A stretch of 64,000 nt of DNA from positions 96,001 through 160,000 of the forward strand of contig CAWFJJ010000028.1 of assembly GCA_963816185.1 (NCBI GenBank). The letters run 5' to 3'. Of this stretch, positions 9,005 through 18,286 are shown piece after piece. Position numbers and translations under genes: made by a program. The notes below the pieces were generated by a model that saw only the letters and a list, made by a program, of their open reading frames with translations, was not told the origin of the DNA and ran no database searches. Numbering within the stretch: position 1 is the stretch's first letter; every line of letters starts with the position of its first letter. This stretch comes from Thermoanaerobaculia bacterium (lineage in GTDB: Bacteria > Acidobacteriota > Thermoanaerobaculia > UBA5066).

Positions 9005-10322
9005 CGGTCCCGTCGTCGCGGTAGATTTTTCCGTCCTTCATGACGAAGCGGACCCGCTCGAGAACCTTCACGTCCTTCAGCGGGTCGCCGTCCACCGCGA
9101 CGACGTCTGCGAGCGCGCCCGGCGCGATGACGCCGAGCTCGCCGGAGTGTCCGAGCATCTCGGCGGCCTTCGACGTCGCCGCCTGGATCGCCTGCATCGG
9201 TGTCATCCCGAACTCGACCATACGGGGAAACTCCTGGGCGATCGGCTCGCTCCACGAGAAACCGCCGACGTCGGTCCCGAAGACGATCTTCACCCCGGCC
9301 TTGACGGCCTTCTCGAGCGACGGCCCGTGCAGGGCCGCGCGTTTGCGGTCGCGCTCGCCGGCCGGCGTTCCCGCGGGAGCCCACCCTTCGTAGTAGACGC
9401 TCATCGTCGGGCAGTACCAGGTGCCTTGCCGCACCATCTGCGCGACGGCCGCGTCGTCGAGCTCGAGTCCGTGCTCGATCGAGTCGCAGCCCCCGTCGAG
9501 GGCACGGCGGAGCCCCACGCCGTTGTAGGCGTGGCACGCGACCTTTCGCCCCCAGCCATGCGCCTCGTCCACGATCGCCCGGATCTCCTCGAGCGTGAGG
9601 GTCGGCTGCGAGACGAGGTTGCCCTGCCGATCCAGCCAGGAGCGGTGCGTCATGTAGACCTTGATCCAGTCGGCGCCGTGGTCGAGCTGCTCGCGCGCCG
9701 CCTTGCGCGCCTCGACCGGCCCATCCACGATCTGCACTCCCTTCGGCACCGTGATCTCGGGCGCGTAGCCCTCGAGCGGGTAGCCGCCTGTCGTCGAGAT
9801 CGCCCGCGTGACGACGAACATGCGCGGTCCCGGGATGTATCCCGCCTCGATGGCCTCCTTGATCCCGACGTCGCCGTAGCCCGCTCCTTCCGTCTCGACG
9901 TCCCGGATCGTCGTGAACCCCTGCTCGAGCGCGCGGCGCGCGGATACGGTCGCGCGCGCGGCCCGAAACGCCACCGGGTGCTTCAGGAGCTGAGCGTCGT
10001 AGCCGCCCTCGGCCGGGTCCTCGCCCTGCAGAAAGATGTGCGTGTGGCTGTCGATGAGGCCCGGCAGGACCGTGGATCGACCGAGGTCGACGATGCGCGC
10101 CCCTTCCGGCAGCTTCACCGTCGCGGCGTCGCCGACGCTCTCGATGCGATTCCCGCGCACGACGACGACCTGGTCCCTTCGGGGTGCGGTCGAGACCCCG
10201 TCGATCAGGACGCCGGCGCGGATCACGGTCGCGGCGGCCGCGGGCACCGCGGGCCCGGCGGCGATGAGCGGCGCTTCCGGGAGCACGAGACACAGGATGG
10301 CGGCGACGCGCGCGAGACGCAT
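8988..10322 (-). CDS. Secreted metal-dependent amidohydrolase (Xaa-Pro dipeptidase-like)
   Basis: Signal peptide, PGLIDSHTH, ACHA, SIEHG and FGTD motifs. Confidence 0.88.
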   Translation of the reverse strand: MRLARVAAILCLVLPEAPLIAAGPAVPAAAATVIRAGVLIDGVSTAPRRDQVVVVRGNRIESVGDAATVKLPEGARIVDLGRSTVLPGLIDSHTHIFLQGEDPAEGGYDAQLLKHPVAFRAARATVSARRALEQGFTTIRDVETEGAGYGDVGIKEAIEAGYIPGPRMFVVTRAISTTGGYPLEGYAPEITVPKGVQIVDGPVEARKAAREQLDHGADWIKVYMTHRSWLDRQGNLVSQPTLTLEEIRAIVDEAHGWGRKVACHAYNGVGLRRALDGGCDSIEHGLELDDAAVAQMVRQGTWYCPTMSVYYEGWAPAGTPAGERDRKRAALHGPSLEKAVKAGVKIVFGTDVGGFSWSEPIAQEFPRMVEFGMTPMQAIQAATSKAAEMLGHSGELGVIAPGALADVVAVDGDPLKDVKVLERVRFVMKDGKIYRDDGTVRPRD

Positions 10323-10479
10323 GCGACTCTCCTCCGGTGCGCGAGTCTTGCTCGATCACGCTTCGGACGCAATCGAGCGCCGGAGCCGGCCGACCGCGTT
10401 CCTCTCATTGCGGTGCGGTCTGCTTCTATACTGCGACCAGATCTCACATGACGAATGCACCGGCGCCGGGAGACTCCTG

Positions 10480-10917
10480 ATGAGCGATTCCGTGGATCCC
10501 CGCACACTCGACCTCTTCGAGACGAGCCTCGCGAGGTGCGAGGCGCGGCCGGACTTCCTGGACCTGTTCTACACGAAGTTCATGGCCTCGTCGCCCGAGG
10601 TCGCCGTGAAATTCGCGGGAACGGACTTCGTGCGGCAGAAGCGCGCCCTGAAAGCCTCCTTCCATCACCTTCTTCTCGTCGCTCAGGACCGCAAACAGAC
10701 GCCGGACGCGTATCTTTCGGACGTCGCGACGCGCCATGGATCCGGGCAGCTCAGGATCGGAGCCAGCCTCTACGACTTCTGGCTCGACAGCCTTCTCGAG
10801 ACCGTGAAGGAGCGCGATCCGGAGTGGTCCCTCGAGGTCGACCACGCGTGGGAGGCCGTCATGATGGTCGGCATCCACTATCTCTGCCAGAGCTACCACG
10901 GCCGGCACGGGACGTGA
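10480..10917 (+). CDS. Single-domain globin
   Basis: FYTKFMASSPEVAVKFAGTDFVRQ, proximal His in VATRHG, and LYDFWLDSLL...HAW. GGAG upstream of ATG 10480. Confidence 0.85.
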   Translation: MSDSVDPRTLDLFETSLARCEARPDFLDLFYTKFMASSPEVAVKFAGTDFVRQKRALKASFHHLLLVAQDRKQTPDAYLSDVATRHGSGQLRIGASLYDFWLDSLLETVKERDPEWSLEVDHAWEAVMMVGIHYLCQSYHGRHGT

Positions 10918-12146
10918 CGGCCGTTCTCGCCGTCATAGCCTTTCTCTGGCTGCTCCGCGCGGCGAACGTCGCGCTGAGCTTTGCCCTGATTCCCCGGCTC
11001 GCGCCGGCGCCCCGGAGAGAGGCCGGCGTACCCTTCGTGTCGATCGTCGTTCCGGCGCGAAACGAAGAGCGCGACGTCGGGGACGCGACGCGCAGCAAGT
11101 GCATGCAGGACGACCCGTCCTTCGAGGTCGTCGTCGTGGACGACCGGTCCTCGGACGGCACGCGCCGCATCCTCGCGGGCCTCGAGCGCGAATTCCCGAA
11201 GGTCCTCTCGGTCGTCGACGGAGTCGAGCCGCCGCCCGACTGGCTCGGCAAGCCGCACGCGCTGGACGAGGGGGCACGTGCGGCACGCGCGCGGGCGTCC
11301 TCCGAATGGCTGATCTTCTCGGACGCCGACGTGCACTTCGCGCCGGACCTCCTGGCCCGCGCATTCACGCACGCGGAGCGCGAGCGCCTCGACTTCCTGA
11401 GCCTATTCCCGGCGCTCGAGATGAAGTCGTTCGGGGAGAGGCTCATGACGCCGTCCGATCGCGAACGTCGGGTTCTGCTACCTGCCCGGCTGGCTGATGA
11501 ATCGTTCCGCGGGCGCGCTCCTTCGGCGGGGGAGCAGGCGTCTTCAACCTCGTACGACGTGACCTCTTCGACAGGATCGGCGGGCACGCGGCCCTGAGAG
11601 AGCTCGGTCGTCGACGACATCCAGCTCGGCCGCAACGCGCGATTGGCCGGCGGCCGGACCGGAGGCGCGTGGGCGCTCGACGCCGTCTCCGTGCGCATGT
11701 ACCACGGCTTTCGGGAGACCGCGAAAGGGTTCGCCAAGAACGGCTATTACGGAATTGGCGCAAACGTGCCCGCGGCGGTGCTTTGCCTTCTGCTGTTTTT
11801 CTTAGAAGGTGAATTGGCATACGGCGTACTCGCCGGTGGCGCGCTCGAGTGGGGTGCACGGCACGCCGGCGCTGCGGGCGCGGCATTTTCCGACAGCCGC
11901 GTCCTCGCACCCGCCCTGTTCACTTTCAAAGAAATCCTCTTCTCCTTCTTGATTGTCGCGCTGACGCTTCTCGTGCGCGGGGCTCTGCACATGAAGCTCC
12001 GTTATTCGTGGCTCGGAGTCGTCCTGCATCCCGTATGGATCGCCGCGGTCACCGGCATTTTCGCGTGGTCGACGTTCGTGAACGGCGTGCTCGGGAGGAA
12101 CGAGTGGCGCGGGCGCGTGCGCGACGCCGGGACGCTCGAGTTCTGA
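10914..12146 (+). CDS. Membrane GT2 glycosyltransferase (CrtQ/HpnB-like), several apparent frameshifts at 11455-11610
   Basis: VSIVVPARNEE, VDDRSSDGT, WLGKPHAL and FSDADV; then in other frames GGHAA, VVDDIQL, RMYHG and C-terminal EWRGR. Confidence 0.82.
11798..11950. repeat. Dispersed inverted-repeat element, copy C (inside GT2)
   Basis: TTTCTTAGAAGGTGAA at 11798-11813 and TTCACTTTCAAAGAAA at 11919-11934; 14/16 inverted match. Confidence 0.75.
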
Positions 12147-12213
12147 GCCTGGCCGCCGTCGGCCGGCCGGCCGTGGAGTATTCTTCGGCCGCTTTCGACA
12201 ATCGGAGGTCTTC

Positions 12214-13461
12214 GTGGAGCGATTCACCGGACTGATCGGTCTGACGGTCGTGCTCGTCGTGGCGCTCGCCCTTTCGAAGAACCGGCGAGCGATCCGCTGG
12301 CGCACCGTCGGCTGGGCATTCGCGCTCCAGATGGCCTTCGGGCTCGTCGTTCTCTACTGGGAGCGCGGCAAGCAGGCGCTGGAGTCGTTCTCGAACGGCG
12401 TCTCGCAGGCCATCGCGTTCGCCGACCAGGGCTCGGGCTTCCTCTTCGGATGGCTCGCAGGACCGATGGACGCGCTCGGCGAGAAGACGGGAATGCCGTA
12501 CAGGGGCTTCATCTTCGCGTTCAAGGTGCTCCCGATCATCATCTTCATCTGCGCGTTCTTCTCGATCCTCTACCACTTCGGCATCATCCAGGTGATCGTG
12601 AGGGGCATGGCGTGGGGGATGCAGAAGACGATGAAGGTCTCGGGCGCCGAGGCGCTGTGCGTGGCGGCGAACGTCTTCATCGGCCAGACGGAGGCGCCCG
12701 TTCTGATCGCGCCCTACATCGCGACGATGACGACGTCCGAGCTTCTCACGATGATGACGGGGGGGATGGCGCACGTGTCGGGCGCGGTCATGCTGGCCTA
12801 CGTGACGATGGGGGCGCCGCTGAAGTACCTCATCACGGCTTCCGTGATGGCGGCCCCGGGCACGTTTCTCATCTCGAAGATCCTGTGGCCCGAGACCGAG
12901 ACGCCCACCACGATGGGCACGGTGAAGATGCAGGTCGAGAAGACGAGCGCGAACTTCATCGACGCGGCGGCGAGCGGCGCCTCGCAGGGCATGATGCTCG
13001 TCCTCAACATCTCGGCGATGCTCATTTCCTTCGTGGCGCTCATCGCGATGCTGAACGGGTTCCTCGGGTGGGCCGGGCACTTCTGGGGCGATCCGGCCTT
13101 CTCCCTCCAGACGATCTTCGGATGGGTGCTGGGGCCGCTCGCCTGGAGCCTGGGGGCGCCGAAACAGGACATGGCGACCGTGGGCAATCTCATCGCGAAC
13201 AAGACCGTCATCAACGAGTTCTTCGCCTTCTCGATGATGAAGGACGTCGTCGGCTCGCTTTCGGAGAAGGGAAAGGTCATCGCGACCTTCGCCTTGTGCG
13301 GCTTCGCGAACTTCTCGTCGATCGGCATCCAGATCGGCGGGATCGGCGGTCTCGCGCCGTCGCGCAAATCCGACCTCGCGCGGCTCGGCTTCCGCGCGCT
13401 TCTGGCCGGATCGCTCGTGAGCTTCATGACGGCCGCGATCGCCGGCATCCTGATGAGCTAG
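12214..13461 (+). CDS. nupC: Concentrative nucleoside transporter (CNT/NupC family)
   Basis: FAFKVLPIIIF, ANVFIGQTEAP and FALCGFANFSSIGIQIGG motifs. Confidence 0.95.
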   Translation: MERFTGLIGLTVVLVVALALSKNRRAIRWRTVGWAFALQMAFGLVVLYWERGKQALESFSNGVSQAIAFADQGSGFLFGWLAGPMDALGEKTGMPYRGFIFAFKVLPIIIFICAFFSILYHFGIIQVIVRGMAWGMQKTMKVSGAEALCVAANVFIGQTEAPVLIAPYIATMTTSELLTMMTGGMAHVSGAVMLAYVTMGAPLKYLITASVMAAPGTFLISKILWPETETPTTMGTVKMQVEKTSANFIDAAASGASQGMMLVLNISAMLISFVALIAMLNGFLGWAGHFWGDPAFSLQTIFGWVLGPLAWSLGAPKQDMATVGNLIANKTVINEFFAFSMMKDVVGSLSEKGKVIATFALCGFANFSSIGIQIGGIGGLAPSRKSDLARLGFRALLAGSLVSFMTAAIAGILMS

Positions 13462-13471
13462 GAGGCACGCC

Positions 13472-14368
13472 ATGGATTCCAGGCTCTCGGCCGCCGCGGA
13501 GTGGCTGCGCGGGCGGCTCCCACACCCGCCGCTCGTCGGCGTCATCCTGGGCTCGGGCCTCGGCGACTTCGCCGACGGCGTCGACGAGCGCATCACGATC
13601 CCGTACGGAGACATCCCGGGATTTCCGGCGTCGGCCGTGATCGGGCACGCGGGGACGTTCGTGGCGGGCACGGTGCGGGGCGTGCCGACGGTCGTCCTCT
13701 CCGGGCGCGTCCACTATTACGAGGGCCACCCCATGCCGGCCGTCGTCTTTCCGGCACGCGTCCTCGGTCTTCTCGGCTGCCGAACGGTCATCGTGACGAA
13801 TGCCGCCGGCGGCATCGACAGGAGTTTCAAGTCCGGCAACCTCATGCTCATCGAGGATCACATCAACCTGTTCGGCACGAATCCCCTCGTGGGCGTGAAC
13901 GACGAGGACCTCGGGCCGCGCTTTCCCGACATGTCGGACGCCTACCGCAAGGACCTCCGCTCTCTCGCGCTCGCCGTCGCGAAACGGCAGCGAATCGCGC
14001 TGAAACACGGCGTCTATGTCGGAGTTCACGGCCCCTCGTACGAGACGCCGGCCGAGATCCGGGCTCTTCGCACCTGGGGTGCGGATGCGGTCGGCATGTC
14101 CACGGTGCCCGAAGTCATCGCGCTCAACCAGATGGGAGTCGGCGTTCTCGGCATCTCGTGCATCACGAACATGGCCGCCGGCGTGCTGAAGCAGAAGCTC
14201 GACCACCGGGAAGTTCTCGAGACGACGCAGCGGGTGAAAGGAGATTTCGTCCGCCTTCTGACCTTCCTCGTCCAGGCGCTCGGGACCGGGCGATCGGGAG
14301 CGACGGAAGACGCGTTCGTTCCGGCCTCGCGCGCCGTGGGTCGCGGGAAAAAGGCGAAGAAGAAGTGA
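13472..14368 (+). CDS. Purine-nucleoside phosphorylase (PunA/XapA trimeric type)
   Basis: ILGSGLG, GRVHYYEG, TNAAGG, GPSYETPAE and GMSTVPE motifs. Confidence 0.95.
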   Translation: MDSRLSAAAEWLRGRLPHPPLVGVILGSGLGDFADGVDERITIPYGDIPGFPASAVIGHAGTFVAGTVRGVPTVVLSGRVHYYEGHPMPAVVFPARVLGLLGCRTVIVTNAAGGIDRSFKSGNLMLIEDHINLFGTNPLVGVNDEDLGPRFPDMSDAYRKDLRSLALAVAKRQRIALKHGVYVGVHGPSYETPAEIRALRTWGADAVGMSTVPEVIALNQMGVGVLGISCITNMAAGVLKQKLDHREVLETTQRVKGDFVRLLTFLVQALGTGRSGATEDAFVPASRAVGRGKKAKKK

Positions 14369-14785
14369 GCGCGACGCGGCCCCTCACGGCGGACGAGGAA
14401 AAGCGCCTCGTCGACGCGGCGCGGAAGGCGCGGGAAAACGCTTCGGCCCCGTACTCGGGTTTTCTGGTCGGCGCCGCGCTGCTCGCGGAGGACGGCACGA
14501 TCTTCGGCGGCTGCAACGTCGAATCCGCGTCGTACGGCCTGACCGTCTGCGGCGAGCGGACGGCCGTGTTCAAGGCGATCTCGGAGGGAGCGCGGAAGTT
14601 CCGCGCCGTCGCCGTCGTGACGGACTCCGATCCGCCCGCGTCACCCTGCGGCGCGTGCCGGCAGGTGCTCTGGGACCAGTGCCGGGACATCGACGTGATT
14701 CTCGCGACGCCCGCGCGCGTCGTGAGCCGCATGCGGCTCTCGACGCTGCTCCCGCTGGCTTTCGAGTTCGGGGGGTCCGAAGTGA
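14365..14785 (+). CDS. cdd: Cytidine deaminase; stop reached if one G is removed from the G6 run at 14770-14775
   Basis: APYSGFLVGAA, GCNVESASYGLTVCGER and PCGACRQ motifs. GTGA overlap with the PNP stop. Confidence 0.9.
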
Positions 14786-14786
14786 G

Positions 14787-16240
14787 ATGCGCCTCGGTCA
14801 TTGCTTCGGTCTGGGCCGCCGTCATCCTCGCGGCACCGCCGCTTGCGGCTGCCGAACCCGCCCACGCGGCTTCTAAGAAATCCCCGGTTTCCCGGGTCTC
14901 TTCGGTCGATACCCTCGATCACGGCCGCGCACGTCCTGACGATGGACGGCTCGGATCGCGTCTTTTCTCCCGGTGCGGTGGCGATCAAGGGCGGCGCGAT
15001 CGTCGCGGTCGGCGCTCCGTCAGATCTCCTTCGTCTCTATTCTCCGAAGCAGAGGATTTCCCGTGCCCATTCGGTCGTCCTGCCGGGGCTGATCAACACG
15101 CACACGCACGCCGCGATGAACCTGCTGCGCGGCATCGCGGACGACCTCCCGCTCATGGACTGGCTGACGAAGTTCATCTTTCCGGCCGAGGCGAAGAACG
15201 TCTCGCCCGGCTTCGTGAAGGCCGGAACGCTCCTCGCGTGCGCGGAGATGGTCCGCGGCGGCACGACGACGTTCGCCGACATGTACTACTACGAATCGGA
15301 CGTCGCGGCGGCGGTGGACACGTGCGGGATGCGCGCCGTCCTGGGCGAGACGTGGCTCGACTTCCCCGTACCCGACCACAAGGACCTCGCCGATTCGATC
15401 AAGGTGACCCGCGCCTTCCTCGAGAAATGGAAGGGCCACCCGCGCATCATCGCGGCCGTCGCCCCGCACGCGCCGTATACGAACGCGAAGGAGTCTCTCC
15501 AGGCTGCGAAGGCTCTTGCGGACGAGTTTCACGCCCCGCTCCTCATTCACCTTTCCGAAACACGCGACGAGCAGAAGCAGCTCGCGGGGAAGTATGGGAC
15601 GACGCCCACGAACTGGCTCGAATCGATCGGCTTCCTGGGTCCGAACGTCCTCGCGGCCCACTGCGTCTGGTGCGACGCGGACGACCTCCGCCTCCTTTCC
15701 GAGCGGCACGTCGGCCTCTCGCACAACCCCGAGTCGAACATGAAGCTCGGGTCCGGGGTCGCGCCCGTCGTGGCGGCGCGTCGCGTCGGCATCGCCGTCG
15801 GCCTCGGGACGGACGGCGTCGCGGGCTCGAACAACGACCTCGACATGTGGGAGGCGATGGACTTCGCCGGGAAGCTCGCGAAAGTCTCTTCGATGGACCC
15901 GACGGTGCTGCCGGCGAGAGACCTCCTCCGGATGGCGACGATCGAGGGCGCGCGGGCGATGAAGATGGACGATCGCATCGGCTCGCTCGAGAGGGGGAAG
16001 CGAGCGGATCTCGTGGCGGTGGACCTCGTCCGGGCGGGGACGCAACCCGTGTGGGACCTGTTCTCGACCCTCGTCTACGTCGTCAAGGAAAGTGACGTCT
16101 CGCTCACGATGGTGGAAGGACGCGTCCTCTGGGACGGCAAACGCGTCACGTCTCTCGACGAGGCGAAGGTCATCCGGGACGCCGAGGCGTGGCGGAAGAG
16201 GATCGCGGCGTCGCTCACGGCGCCCGCCGCGGCGAAATGA
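14787..16240 (+). CDS. MtaD-like (MTA/SAH deaminase family) amidohydrolase with probable signal peptide; frameshifts near 14812 and 14917
   Basis: PGLINTHTH, APHAPYT, IHLSET, AAHCVW, HNPESNMKL and LGTDG motifs. Reconstructed N-terminus is MRLGHCFGL-AAVILAAPPLAAAEP. Confidence 0.85.
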
Positions 16241-17547
16241 GCCTCTTCGTCCGGACGATCGTGAAGAAGCGCGACGGCGGCGAGCTGTCGGAAGGCGAGA
16301 TCGGCGCGTTCGTCACAGGCGTTACGGACGGCACGATCACCGACGAGCAGGCGGCCGCGTTCCTCATGGCGGTCTGCTGCCGGGGAATGACGACCGCCGA
16401 GGCGGCCGCTCTGACGTTCGCGATGATGAGGTCGGGAGAGACCTGGGATCTGACGCGGCACGGCTTCGTCGCGGACAAGCACTCGACGGGTGGCGTGGGC
16501 GACAAGGTCACGCTCGTCCTCGCGCCGCTCCTCGCCGCGGTCGGCGTCAGGGCCGGCATGATGTCGGGGCGCGGCCTCGGTCACACGGGCGGCACGCTCG
16601 ACAAGCTCGAGGCGATCCCCGGGTTCCGGACGGCGCTGCCGAAGGCGGAATTCGACCGCCTCCTCGACACCGTCGGGTGCGCGCTCATCGGCCAGACCGA
16701 CTCGATCGCTCCCGCCGATCGGCGCCTCTACGCGCTGCGCGACGTGACGGGCACGGTCGAATCGATCCCTCTCATCACCGCGTCGATCCTTTCCAAGAAG
16801 CTCGCCACCGGTGCCTCCGCCGTCGTTTTCGACGTGAAGACCGGAAACGGCGCGTTCATGGCGGATCCGAAGGACGCCGAGCGACTCGGCAAGGCGCTCG
16901 TCGAGACGACGCGTGCGACGGGCCGCAAGGCCTCCGGCTACCTGACCGCGATGGATCGCCCTCTCGGCGAGGCCGTCGGAAATGCGAACGAAGTCGAAGA
17001 GTCGATCCGCATGCTCGGCGGGGAAGGGCCGGCCGACCTGCGCGAGAACGTGCTTCTCCTTGGCGCGGACCTCGTTCTCGCCGCTGGTCTCGAGACGAGT
17101 CCGAAGGAGGCGCGGAGGCGGCTCAACGCCGCTCTGTCCGACGGCCGAGCTCTGGAGGTCTTCCGGAAGGTCGTCGCGGCACAGGGCGGCGACGCGGGCG
17201 TCTGCGACGATCCGAAGCGGCTCCCACAGCCCGTTTCGCGGCGCGAGGTCCCGGCGCCTGCCTCAGGCGTGGTCGCCCGCATCGCGACGCGCGAAATCGG
17301 GCTCCTCGCGATCGAGCTTGGCTGCGGCCGCTCGAAGAGAGATGACGTCATCGATCCGGCTTCCGGCTTCCGCGTGAAGAAGAAGCCCGGTGATGGCGTA
17401 GAGAAGGGCGAGCCTCTCCTCGTCGTGGAGCTCGGTAAGGCCGCGAAACCGAACGCGACCTTCTACGATCGGCTCGCGGCCTGCTTCGCGATCGGTCCCG
17501 CCGGAACAAGAGTCGAGCCGCTGCCGTTCGTCGTGGGGACGCTCTGA
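16237..17547 (+). CDS. pdp: Pyrimidine-nucleoside/thymidine phosphorylase
   Basis: DKHSTGGVGDK, SGRGLGHTGGTLDKLE, YALRDVT and SILSKK motifs. ATGA overlap with the upstream gene. Confidence 0.95.
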   Translation: MSLFVRTIVKKRDGGELSEGEIGAFVTGVTDGTITDEQAAAFLMAVCCRGMTTAEAAALTFAMMRSGETWDLTRHGFVADKHSTGGVGDKVTLVLAPLLAAVGVRAGMMSGRGLGHTGGTLDKLEAIPGFRTALPKAEFDRLLDTVGCALIGQTDSIAPADRRLYALRDVTGTVESIPLITASILSKKLATGASAVVFDVKTGNGAFMADPKDAERLGKALVETTRATGRKASGYLTAMDRPLGEAVGNANEVEESIRMLGGEGPADLRENVLLLGADLVLAAGLETSPKEARRRLNAALSDGRALEVFRKVVAAQGGDAGVCDDPKRLPQPVSRREVPAPASGVVARIATREIGLLAIELGCGRSKRDDVIDPASGFRVKKKPGDGVEKGEPLLVVELGKAAKPNATFYDRLAACFAIGPAGTRVEPLPFVVGTL

Positions 17548-17562
17548 GGCGGCCTTGAATTT

Positions 17563-17582
17563 TTGTGCTACAGATAGCACAA
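17563..17582. promoter_or_regulatory. Palindromic operator upstream of TA pair 1
   Basis: TTGTGCTA-CAGA-TAGCACAA, a perfect 8-bp inverted repeat 7 bp before the antitoxin ATG. Confidence 0.7.
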
Positions 17583-17589
17583 TGTCGTC

Positions 17590-17826
17590 ATGAAGAAGGC
17601 GGGAATCCGGGAGGCGCGCCAGGACCTCTCGGTGCTCATCGAGGACGTCAAAAAAGGGCGCGAGATCGTCATCACGGACCGCGGGCGGCCCGTGGCGCGG
17701 CTCGTCCCGGCGTCCCGTCTCTCCTCTGGAGCATTTCCGGACCTCTCGGCATTCCGGCGCACGATGCCGCGGCTGACCCCGGCACTCTCCCGTTCCATCT
17801 CGCGCGATCGTGGCGACCGCCTCTAG
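17590..17826 (+). CDS. Phd/YefM family antitoxin
   Basis: GIREARQDLSVLIEDVKKGREIVITDRGRPVARLVP. Confidence 0.92.
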   Translation: MKKAGIREARQDLSVLIEDVKKGREIVITDRGRPVARLVPASRLSSGAFPDLSAFRRTMPRLTPALSRSISRDRGDRL

Positions 17827-18286
17827 ACGCCGGCCGGGGCCGCTCCTCGCGGGCCCGCTCTATTTGGACGCGAGCGCTTTGGTCAAGCTCTACCTCCCGG
17901 AGCCCGAGAGCGACGACTTGAACCGCCTCCTCATGGGACGCCACGACGTCGTGGTTTCGGACCTGGCCATCACCGAGATCGTGTCTTCCCTTTGTCGGCG
18001 GCGCCGAGAGGGCTCGCTGACGACGGCCGTCGTGTCGCGCCTGCACCGCGCGCTCCTCGGGCACATCGAGGTGGGTCTTTACCGCCGTTTCGAGCTGATT
18101 CCCGCGGCCCATCGAGAGGCGGAGAGGCTCCTGATCTCCGTGGGGACTGTCCCCCTTCGGGCTTTGGACGCTCTCCACCTGGCGCTGGCGCTCGGCGCCG
18201 AGGCGGCCTCTCTTTTGACCTGGGATCAGCGCCTGGGCGCGGCTGCCCGGGCGGTCGGCCTAGGCGTCTTTCCGGAAGGCGCATGA
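17810..18286 (+). CDS. vapC: VapC PIN-domain toxin
   Basis: YLDASALVKLY, TEIVS and LRALDALHLALA motifs. Start uncertain. Confidence 0.9.
   Translation: MATASRRRPGPLLAGPLYLDASALVKLYLPEPESDDLNRLLMGRHDVVVSDLAITEIVSSLCRRRREGSLTTAVVSRLHRALLGHIEVGLYRRFELIPAAHREAERLLISVGTVPLRALDALHLALALGAEAASLLTWDQRLGAAARAVGLGVFPEGA

Noticed and set aside
2280-14920. Programmed frameshifting or mass pseudogenisation in fadJ, the acyl-CoA dehydrogenase, crystallin, GT2, cdd and the deaminase (also rfaD near 53440)
   Set aside because: The single-base indels are scattered, sometimes compensating, often in short homopolymers, and fall in otherwise conserved genes with no slippery-site pattern. Sequencing or assembly error is the simplest explanation; reads are needed to confirm.
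13501-16095. 864-aa ORF suggesting a cdd-deaminase fusion
   Set aside because: It arises from one extra G at 14770-14775. Removing it gives a normal cdd stop followed by a separate ATG.
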